Origin: Candidatus Rariloculaceae bacterium
GTDB taxonomy: Bacteria; Pseudomonadota; Gammaproteobacteria; Steroidobacterales; Rariloculaceae
Reading direction: 5' to 3'
Length of the DNA: 64,000 bases
NCBI GenBank assembly: GCA_965205045.1
Contig: OZ242031.1
Coordinates: forward strand, 2,268,044 to 2,332,043
The notes below the pieces were generated by a model. That model was given only the letters and a program-made list of their open reading frames with translations, searched no databases and was not told where the DNA came from. Positions within the stretch are counted from its first letter, which is position 1, and the number at the start of each line of letters is the position of its first letter. A program made the position numbers and the translations under genes. Below, one piece after another: positions 56,849 through 64,000 of the stretch.

Positions 56849-57255
56849 AAGAAATCAACATTGAGAAGTTGATCGAATGGCTTGGACCCGATGGGACGAT
56901 CGCCGGATTGGAACGAAGCAATGTTACAGTTTCAAAGCTTTGCGGGATGGCTATTCGTAGCGGTTTTGCCGTGGATAAAGGAACTAGACGACGTGATATC
57001 ATCGTTGATCTCGTGAATAGAAACTTCATCAGGATCGACAAGACATCAAACGAATTGTTGACGATGAGCTATCATGAACTTTGTAACTACTTTAGAGAAA
57101 GGGAGGTTTCCAGAACTGAACTCTTGAAACTACTTTCACAGTTTGACATCCGTCCCGCTGCGAGCGACAAAGTCAACCTGATCGAGTTTGCGGCAAGAGA
57201 GATTAGCGGCGTTGGTATGTACCAAAGGGTAGCGAAGGGTGCGCGGCGCGCGTAA
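56845..57255 (+). CDS. small protein (136 aa) translationally coupled to the ParA-like gene, with two SAP/HeH-like helix pairs
   Basis: ATGA overlap with the ParA stop and GGAGAA 7 nt upstream. Two similar segments (..VSKLCGMAIRSGFAVDKGTRRRDIIVDLV.. and ..ELCNYFREREVSRTELLKLLSQF..). Confidence 0.65.
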   Translation: MKEINIEKLIEWLGPDGTIAGLERSNVTVSKLCGMAIRSGFAVDKGTRRRDIIVDLVNRNFIRIDKTSNELLTMSYHELCNYFREREVSRTELLKLLSQFDIRPAASDKVNLIEFAAREISGVGMYQRVAKGARRA

Positions 57256-57697
57256 GAATCGAAACAGCTTTTGGGCGTGAGGTGGTCCTGGTTTGTTGGA
57301 CAGTTTGAGGGCAGAAATTTGGCGAGCGTTGCCGTGGATTCCACGGTGGAAAGAACCTACGGGCACCTGGCGTCGTTGCTGGTGGGCGCCGGGCAGCCCG
57401 TCCGAAATCGCGTCGGGATGCAAACGCGAAGCGCCGAAGCGAGCATCGGCGTCGCGCGCGTCGCCGCCGCCAGTACCGACCGGAGCACATCGCCAACGTA
57501 CCTTTCTGCGGAGGGCATCGCCAGCGACCGCGGCGATGACTGGCGCCCGAAGAAATGTGTCGAGGCGCTCCTTCGCGCAGGGGTGATGTCACTGGATGAG
57601 ATGTACCGCTGTACTTCCCCGGTTCCGTCATTCTCGCGGTATATCCTCGCGCAAGCCGGCATTCGACCATGAGACCGCGATTCCGTGCGTCCCGCCG

Positions 57698-58660
57698 TCA
57701 TCGCCCGCGCAACTTGCGCCGCAGTTCCTCTATTGAGACCCTCACCTCGGCGGTGTCGCCCGCAGGCCCGGTTTCGCGCTGCGCTACGCCGCCCGCGCCC
57801 CACGCTTGCCCGAAGATCAATTCCACGCTGACGGACAACTTCCCGCCCCTGCGGCCATTGTCGCCGCCACCGTGCGGGGCGTCGCGCCCGGCGCCGTCCG
57901 CGGAGCCTTCCCCGGCGTTGCTCTGAGCCACGAGCCGTTCCCGGAACATCCGCCAACGCCCGCGGCCGGTTAGTTGCGTCCGGCGGCCGTAGGCCACGTT
58001 GGTGGCGCCGCAGGCGCGCAGGTCCGATACGAGTCCGTCCACATCCCGGTAGGTCACGTTTAACCGGTCCACATCGAGCACCGGTTCGGCGAGTCCCGCC
58101 CGGGCGGCGATGTCGCCGAGATCGTGCATGTCGGTGAAGCCGTGAACGTGCGCGGCATCGTCCACTTCCGACCACGCCCAGCGGACTTCCCGCAGGGTAT
58201 CCGGTCCGACGGAGGTGAACAGAAGCACCCCGCCTTCCCGCAGCACGCGCGCGGCTTCGGAGAATACTTCGCGGGGGTCGCACCATGGCAGCAGCAGGTT
58301 TGAGAAGACCAGGTCCACGCAGGCGTCTCGCAGTGGCAGCCTTTCCGCGTCGCCCTCAATGGCGGATGCATTCTCCAGATGCGCGCAGCGCGCCTGCGAG
58401 CGTTCAACCATCTGCCGACAGTTATCCATGGCCAGGATTCGCGCGCCGGGATACATGGCGGCCAATTCCCCGCTCGCCTTGCCGGTGGCGGCGCCGAGAT
58501 CGAGAATCCTGCTCGGATCGAGCTTGAGCAAAGGCAGGCGGGACAACAGGCGCGAGCGGGCTTCGGCGTGCATGAAGTCGGCGTCGTCAAAGGTCACGCT
58601 GGCCCGGCGAAATCGCTTCAGGGCGGCGCTTCGGTCAGGTAGTCCAAACGTGGCTTGCAT
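57698..58660 (-). CDS. bioC: malonyl-ACP O-methyltransferase
   Basis: SAM motif ILDLGAATG. FDDADFMHAEARSRLLSRL and LVFSNLLLPW are typical of BioC. About 45 aa Gly-rich insertion near the C-terminus. Confidence 0.8.
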   Translation of the reverse strand: MQATFGLPDRSAALKRFRRASVTFDDADFMHAEARSRLLSRLPLLKLDPSRILDLGAATGKASGELAAMYPGARILAMDNCRQMVERSQARCAHLENASAIEGDAERLPLRDACVDLVFSNLLLPWCDPREVFSEAARVLREGGVLLFTSVGPDTLREVRWAWSEVDDAAHVHGFTDMHDLGDIAARAGLAEPVLDVDRLNVTYRDVDGLVSDLRACGATNVAYGRRTQLTGRGRWRMFRERLVAQSNAGEGSADGAGRDAPHGGGDNGRRGGKLSVSVELIFGQAWGAGGVAQRETGPAGDTAEVRVSIEELRRKLRGR

Positions 58661-58801
58661 CGGCGGTCGAGTGTCCTGTCACATGAGAGATTGTCATTTC
58701 AACCCGTCCCGCAGGACTGCGGCAAGGCGCTTCCTTCGGGGGCTGCGGCAAGGCGCGTCCCGCCTGCCAGCCAGTGCGAATACTGCTTCAGGAGGAGGCC
58801 G

Positions 58802-59848
58802 TCAGAGGCTCGGGCTTTGCCCCCGCTTGCTCGAGCTTCGAGTTCGGTTGCCCAGGCGCGCCGGTTGTTCGGGCTTCGGCGCCGGTTGTTCGGGTTTCAG
58901 GCCCAGCTTCCTGAAAAGCTTCCGGTCGGCTGCCTCCTCCGGGTTCTCCGTGGTCAGCAGCGTGTCGCCGTGGAAGATCGAGTTGGCGCCGGCGGCGAAG
59001 CACAGCGCCTGCAGTTCATCGCTGAACCCGGTACGCCCGGCGGACAGGCGCACGTGCGCGCGCGGCATGAGGATGCGCGCGACTGCCACGGTGCGCACGA
59101 ACTCCAGCCCGTCCAGGTCGTCGGCATCGGCCAGCGGCGTGCCCGGAACCCGGACCAGTTGGTTGACGGGCACGCTTTCGGGCTGCGGGTCGAGCGCGGC
59201 GAGGCTGTGCAGCAGCGCGATGCGGTCCTCGCGGGCTTCTCCCATGCCCAGGATTCCGCCGCAGCAGACCCGCATGCCCGCCGCGCGCACATGTTCAAGC
59301 GTGCGCAGCCGGTCGGCGAAGGTCCGCGTGGTGATGATGTTGCCGTAGAACGCCTCGGACGTGTCCAGGTTGTGGTTGTAGTAGTCGAGCCCGGCGTCCG
59401 CCAGTGTCCGGGCCTGGGGCTCGGTCAGCAATCCCAGTGTCGCGCACGTCTCCATGCCCATATCTCCCACGGCCCTGATCATGGCGGAGATCTGCTCGAC
59501 CTGGGCGTCCTTCGGGCCCCGGTAGGCGGCGCCCATGCAGAATCGGGTCGCGCCGGCCGCCTTGGCGCGTGCGGCCGCCCGGGTCACTTCCTCGACGCTC
59601 ATCAGGTCTTCGGTGGGGACGCCGGTGTGGTAGCGAATGCTTTGCGGACAGTAGGCGCAGTCTTCCGGGCAGGCGCCGGTCTTGATGGACAGCAGCGTCG
59701 AGACCTGCACGGCGTTGGGATCGAAGTGCTGCCTGTGGACCCGCTGTGCTTCGTAGAGCAGGTCGTTGAACGGCATTTCGTACAGCGCCGTGACCTCGTC
59801 CAGGCTCCAGTCGGTCCTGGGCCCCGTTTCTGCTGATTGTGCGTACAT
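58802..59848 (-). CDS. bioB: biotin synthase
   Basis: Radical-SAM [11 protein letters not shown] and YNHNLDTS. C-terminal extension with [12 protein letters not shown] repeat. Confidence 0.93.
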   Translation of the reverse strand: MYAQSAETGPRTDWSLDEVTALYEMPFNDLLYEAQRVHRQHFDPNAVQVSTLLSIKTGACPEDCAYCPQSIRYHTGVPTEDLMSVEEVTRAAARAKAAGATRFCMGAAYRGPKDAQVEQISAMIRAVGDMGMETCATLGLLTEPQARTLADAGLDYYNHNLDTSEAFYGNIITTRTFADRLRTLEHVRAAGMRVCCGGILGMGEAREDRIALLHSLAALDPQPESVPVNQLVRVPGTPLADADDLDGLEFVRTVAVARILMPRAHVRLSAGRTGFSDELQALCFAAGANSIFHGDTLLTTENPEEAADRKLFRKLGLKPEQPAPKPEQPARLGNRTRSSSKRGQSPSL

Positions 59849-60651
59849 TCGGGGCTGGTCCCCTGCAAGGATGGCTGCGAAAGTCAGACGGGAGTATTGG
59901 AACGGAAGCAGGGGTCTGTCAACTGAAGATCGGCGGAAAAATCTTTCATCGCGCGCTGGCCGGGCTTCTCCCGGAGCGTTGCCAGAGTTGCGGCGGACCG
60001 GCCGATGCGGGTTTCTGCGTGCACTGCCGCGCGCTGGTGCGGAGCGTCGGCGACGCCTGCGCGGGTTGCGGCCTGTCGCAGCCGGTGAGCCGCTGCCCCC
60101 GTCCCGGCCGGGGCTGGTGCATCGGGAAGGTGACGGCGCCGTTCGTCTACGAGTCCCCGCTGGACGCGCACATCCAGGCGATGAAGTTCCGGCCTTCCAG
60201 GGCCATGGGGCGGGCGCTGGGGCTGTTGCTGGTCGAGGCGCTTCAACGCGGCGGTCCGGAGGAGGACGTGCACGCCCTGGTGCCCGTGCCGCTGCACCGC
60301 AGGCGGCTGATCCAGCGCGGCTTCAACCAGGCCTTCGAGATAGCGCGGCCGCTGGCGGCGGCGACCGGGAAGCCGCTCCTCGTGCGAGGCATCCAACGGC
60401 AGGTCAATACCCAGCCGCAGTCCCTGTTGGCCGCGCACGAGAGGCATAAGAACATTCGCGGCGCGTTCAGGATTCGCCGCAGTCTCAAGGGAGTGAATGT
60501 CGCCATCGTTGACGACGTCATCACCACCGGTGCCACGGTCAACGCGCTGGCGGCATCGCTGCTCGATGCAGGCGCCGGCGAGGTTCATGCCTGGGCGCTG
60601 GCACGGGTGGAACCTCGGGGTGGGATGGCAGTCGGACCCGGCGTTCATTGA
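59839..60651 (+). CDS. ComF-family phosphoribosyltransferase-like protein
   Basis: Cys pairs CQSCGG...CVHC and CAGCG. RGFNQA and the PRTase loop [14 protein letters not shown]. Start uncertain: the only in-frame start, GTG 59839, overlaps the divergent bioB start by 10 nt. Confidence 0.8.
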   Translation: MRTFGAGPLQGWLRKSDGSIGTEAGVCQLKIGGKIFHRALAGLLPERCQSCGGPADAGFCVHCRALVRSVGDACAGCGLSQPVSRCPRPGRGWCIGKVTAPFVYESPLDAHIQAMKFRPSRAMGRALGLLLVEALQRGGPEEDVHALVPVPLHRRRLIQRGFNQAFEIARPLAAATGKPLLVRGIQRQVNTQPQSLLAAHERHKNIRGAFRIRRSLKGVNVAIVDDVITTGATVNALAASLLDAGAGEVHAWALARVEPRGGMAVGPGVH

Positions 60652-60816
60652 TGCGACCAAATGACCGAATATGCGATCATACCGCAGTGCAGGATGACTG
60701 CCAGTCAGAACTCCATGTCCGGCCAGCGCATAAGCCAATTGTCCGTGTGCCTGGAGTCTTGTGCGCGAGTATGTGCGTGAGTATGTTGCGCAACCGGGTC
60801 CGGAACATCAACATAA

Positions 60817-61953
60817 ATGCCTGAATTGAATCGACAATGCGTTGTCGTACTCGGCGGCTACGGGCACTTTGGCGGAAGGATCTGCCGGGGACTGGCAAGG
60901 GTTGGCGGCGTGGAGCTCGTCGTGGCCGGTCGGAGCACCGAGCGTGCCAAAGCCTTCGTCGCCGAGTTGCGGCAGTCCAATCCCGAAGGAACCGTCCGAT
61001 CCGCTTTGCTGGATCACTCGGTTCCGGATTTCGAACGGGATCTTGGAGCCTTGGCGCCGTTCATCGTGGTACACGCTGCCGGGCCATTTCAAGGTCAGGA
61101 CTATCGAGTTGCCGAGGCCTGCCTGCGGCACGGCAGTCACTACGTGGATCTGGCCGACGGTCGACGTTTCGTCACCGACTTCTCGCGGCTCGATTCGGCT
61201 GCAAGGCGTCGCGGCGTCCTGCTTGTCGCAGGCGCGAGCACCCTGCCGGCGGTGTCGTCGGCGGTCGTCGAACAGATCGGCGCCGGAATGGCAATCGTCG
61301 GGCGGATCGAAACCGCAATCCTGCCTGCAAACAGAACCGAGCGCGGTCGCAGTACGATTGCCGCCGTGTTCAGCTATGTCGGGAAACCGATCCGGGTTTA
61401 CCAGAACGGCGAATGGACGATAAAGCACGGCTGGATCGATCTTCGCAAGGTCGAACATCCAACGTGCGCCCGCCGGGCAGGCTTATGCGACGTGCCGGAC
61501 CTCGAGTTGTTTCCGGAACGCTACCCGACAGTGCAGAACGTCGCCTTCCACGCCGGGCTCGAGCTGGGCTGGCAGCAGTGGGGCATGTGGCTCATGGCCT
61601 GGCTTACGCGTCTCGGGGTCGTTTCCAACTGGTCGCACCATGCCGGCGCCTTCGATCGTATCGGCGCGCGCCTGATTTCCCTCGGCAGCGATGTCGGCGG
61701 GATGCAGGTTCGCGTTTTCGGCCGGGACGGCGCCGGCAGACGGGTGCGGAGGACGTGGAACCTGACCGCAGGCAGCAATCACGGTCCGGAAATACCGTGC
61801 ATCCCCGCACGGCTCGTGGCGATGAAACTGGTCAATGACGAATTGACAAAACGCGGTGCAATGCCTTGTATGGATTTGATGTCACTGCGGGACTTCGCGT
61901 CCGTTGCGGCAGAGTTCGATATCGAATGGAATATCGACGAGCAGGTGGGATGA
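60817..61953 (+). CDS. saccharopine dehydrogenase-like NAD(P)-binding protein
   Basis: Rossmann VVVLGGYGHFGGRI and VVHAAGPFQGQDY. Confidence 0.75.
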   Translation: MPELNRQCVVVLGGYGHFGGRICRGLARVGGVELVVAGRSTERAKAFVAELRQSNPEGTVRSALLDHSVPDFERDLGALAPFIVVHAAGPFQGQDYRVAEACLRHGSHYVDLADGRRFVTDFSRLDSAARRRGVLLVAGASTLPAVSSAVVEQIGAGMAIVGRIETAILPANRTERGRSTIAAVFSYVGKPIRVYQNGEWTIKHGWIDLRKVEHPTCARRAGLCDVPDLELFPERYPTVQNVAFHAGLELGWQQWGMWLMAWLTRLGVVSNWSHHAGAFDRIGARLISLGSDVGGMQVRVFGRDGAGRRVRRTWNLTAGSNHGPEIPCIPARLVAMKLVNDELTKRGAMPCMDLMSLRDFASVAAEFDIEWNIDEQVG

Positions 61954-61956
61954 GCC

Positions 61957-62436
61957 GTGTCGCTCTATTTCTTCATCAAACTGGTTCACATCGTCTGTGC
62001 GACGCTCATCCTGGGTACGGGAATCGGGACGGCGTTCTTCATGCTGACCGCCTACCTGAACGGCGACGCGGCCGCGATCAGGGTCACCAGCCGCCACGTC
62101 GTCCTCGCCGACTGGATCTTCACGGCACCGGCCGTCGTATTGCAGTTCGGGACTGGTCTTTGGCTGACTTCGTTTCTCGGAATTTCGTACACGTCCGCCT
62201 GGTTCATCGCCGCCCTGGGGATGTTTGTCCTGGTGGGTGCGTGCTGGCTGCCCGTCGTCTGGATACAGATCGGGATGCGTCGGTTGATCGAAGCGAATGT
62301 CGACAACACGCTGCCCGGACGGTTCTCCGTATTGATGCGAATTTGGGTAGCCCTGGGTATACCGGCGTTCATCCTGACGTTGCTGCTTTTCTGGTTGATG
62401 GTATTCAAGCCGGGCTTGAACTGGATCCTGATTTGA
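61957..62436 (+). CDS. DUF2269-like integral membrane protein
   Basis: 159 aa with 4 TM helices. MSLYFFIKLVHIVCATLILGTGIGTAFFML matches my recollection of that family. Confidence 0.7.
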   Translation: MSLYFFIKLVHIVCATLILGTGIGTAFFMLTAYLNGDAAAIRVTSRHVVLADWIFTAPAVVLQFGTGLWLTSFLGISYTSAWFIAALGMFVLVGACWLPVVWIQIGMRRLIEANVDNTLPGRFSVLMRIWVALGIPAFILTLLLFWLMVFKPGLNWILI

Positions 62437-62578
62437 GCGCGTTGAACTTCAGCGCAAGAGCAGGCTCCAATACCGCGGAAAATTTTGCTGGCGCATCCGC
62501 CGTTCGGCGTATATCTTGCTCCGCAGCATCGGCTTTTGCGAGTCGTGCTCATCCGTCGGAGGTTCAGGGAGCGGCAAT

Positions 62579-63034
62579 ATGAATTGGTGGGGCTGGTTGA
62601 TCATCGGATTTCTGTTGATGGGCGCCGAACTGACGGCGGTGGATGCGGCCTTCTATCTCATCTTCGTCGGCGCCGCGGCGATCTGCATGGGAATTCTGGG
62701 ATTGGTGGGGGTTACGCTGCCGATCTGGGTGCAGTGGGTGCTATTCTCCGCGCTGGCCGTGGGCTCGATGGTGCTGTTCAGGCAGAAGCTCTACGACCGG
62801 CTCAGGGGCGGTGAGGCGGGGGGATTCGACGGTTCGGCGGCGGGCGCAACCGTGGGGGTGAAGGAAATGGTCCCTCCCGGAGGGCGGACGCGGGTCAAGC
62901 TGCGCGGTTCCCGGTGGACGGCGGTGAACGTCGGTCCGGCGCCCATCGCAGCGGGCGCCGATGCCCGCGTCGTGGAGTCGGATGGGGTCGAACTGAGAAT
63001 TGAAGGGTTGTCGCGCGAACCGGTCGCCGACTGA
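62579..63034 (+). CDS. NfeD-family membrane protein
   Basis: 151 aa from ATG 62579 (GGGAG 8 nt upstream). Two or three TM helices then an OB-like C-terminus (GRTRVKLRGSRWTAV...). Located upstream of an SPFH gene. Confidence 0.8.
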   Translation: MNWWGWLIIGFLLMGAELTAVDAAFYLIFVGAAAICMGILGLVGVTLPIWVQWVLFSALAVGSMVLFRQKLYDRLRGGEAGGFDGSAAGATVGVKEMVPPGGRTRVKLRGSRWTAVNVGPAPIAAGADARVVESDGVELRIEGLSREPVAD

Positions 63035-63055
63035 TCGAACACGAAGGAGTCATTC

Positions 63056-63994
63056 ATGGATACTGGATTCATAGTCGCCGCGGTCCTGGCCGTTGTCGCG
63101 ATCGTTGTCATCATCAGGACGGCCGTGGTGGTGCCGCAGCAGAACGCCTATGTGGTCGAAAACCTGGGCAGATACTCGAGAACGCTGCAGGCAGGGTTCA
63201 ATATCCTGGTTCCATTCCTGGAGCGGGTGGCCTATCGCCATACCCTCAAGGAACAGGCCATCGACGTGGAGGAGCAGATCTGCATCACGTCGGACAACGT
63301 CCAGGTGGGCGTCGACGGCGTGCTCTACCTGCAGGTGATGGACGCCCGCAAGGCTTCCTACGGTATCGGCGAATACCTCTTCGCCATCGCCCAGCTTGCC
63401 CAGACCACGCTGCGCAGCGAAATCGGCAAGATCGAACTGGACAAGACGTTCGAGGAGCGCAGCCACATCAACCTGAGGGTCGTGGAGGAACTGGACCAGG
63501 CGTCCACGCCGTGGGGCGTCAAGGTGCTCCGTTACGAGATCAAGAACATCAACCCGCCCAGGGACGTGTTGACCGCGATGGAGAAGCAGATGCGCGCCGA
63601 GCGGGAGAAACGCGCCACGGTGCTGCAATCCGAGGGCGAACGGGACGCCAAGATCAACGAGGCCGAGGGCGAGAAGCAGCGGGTGATCAAGGAATCCGAA
63701 GCGGTCAAGCAGCAGCAGATCAACGAAGCCGAGGGCGAGGCCGCCGCCATTCTGGCGGTGGCGGAAGCCACGGCCGAAGGCCTGAAGAAAGTCGCCGCAG
63801 CGTTGAACTCCGAGGGCGGCGACAAGGCCATGCAGCTAAGGGTCGCCGAGGACTACCTGGAGCGGTTCGGCAACCTGGCACGGGAGGGCAACACGCTCAT
63901 CGTGCCGGCGAACCTCAGCGACGTGTCGTCCATGATCGGTGCGGCGACGACTGTCTTCAAGAAGACCGTGGAGGATATGTCGGCGCGGAGCTGA
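63056..63994 (+). CDS. SPFH/band-7 (stomatin/paraslipin-like) protein
   Basis: N-terminal TM, VPQQNAYVVENLGRYSRTL, GVKVLRYEIKNINPP, and an Ala/Glu-rich coiled coil. Confidence 0.92.
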   Translation: MDTGFIVAAVLAVVAIVVIIRTAVVVPQQNAYVVENLGRYSRTLQAGFNILVPFLERVAYRHTLKEQAIDVEEQICITSDNVQVGVDGVLYLQVMDARKASYGIGEYLFAIAQLAQTTLRSEIGKIELDKTFEERSHINLRVVEELDQASTPWGVKVLRYEIKNINPPRDVLTAMEKQMRAEREKRATVLQSEGERDAKINEAEGEKQRVIKESEAVKQQQINEAEGEAAAILAVAEATAEGLKKVAAALNSEGGDKAMQLRVAEDYLERFGNLAREGNTLIVPANLSDVSSMIGAATTVFKKTVEDMSARS

Positions 63995-64000
63995 CCGTTA

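Noticed and set aside
57271-57672. 133-aa ORF on the + strand, and overlapping ORFs on both strands, between the ParA module and bioC.
   Set aside because: There is no SD or convincing start, the composition is mixed, and competing Arg-rich frames overlap it. The region looks like decayed junction DNA, so I left it unannotated.

Overview
This is a high-G+C (judged by eye, not computed) proteobacterial-type chromosomal segment. The conserved backbone holds caa3/coxMNOP-like cytochrome c oxidase genes (1-3886), PPK2, a CinA-like protein and a DUF3999/DUF2339-like pair. It also holds TRAP permease DctQM, TrkH and TrkA (separated by about 10 kb), an OMF-MFP-RND efflux operon, UvrD and haem O/haem A synthases. 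BioB/BioC, a ComF-like protein, a saccharopine-dehydrogenase-like gene with a DUF2269-like gene, and NfeD + SPFH complete it. Four visibly lower-G+C accessory patches interrupt this backbone. (i) 4.2-5.3 kb is a junction scar with an orphan HicB-like gene and a truncated NhaC. (ii) 7.3-18.7 kb is an island with a three-gene operon of unknown function, a decayed MFS gene and two unknown genes. It also carries an operon of BrxR/CapW-type WYL regulator, hsdR, hsdM, hsdS and a helical-repeat protein. (iii) 42.6-48.8 kb is an island with an SNF2 helicase + actin/Hsp70-fold (ASKHA) ATPase cassette, a VapC relic, an integrase fragment and an intact IS5-family element. The SNF2 + ASKHA cassette is my top candidate for an undescribed system. 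(iv) 55.0-57.7 kb holds a decayed integrase and a very low-G+C ParA-like + small-protein module. Other unusual items are a divergent pair of GPP34(GOLPH3)-like/cytochrome P450 fusion paralogues and a (GGCTC)21 microsatellite at the 5' end of an FN3/Calx-beta surface-protein gene. There is also a 145-bp nested inverted-repeat element and many short tandem duplications. I saw no rRNA, tRNA or CRISPR array. All family calls come from motif recognition by eye; no database search was run.
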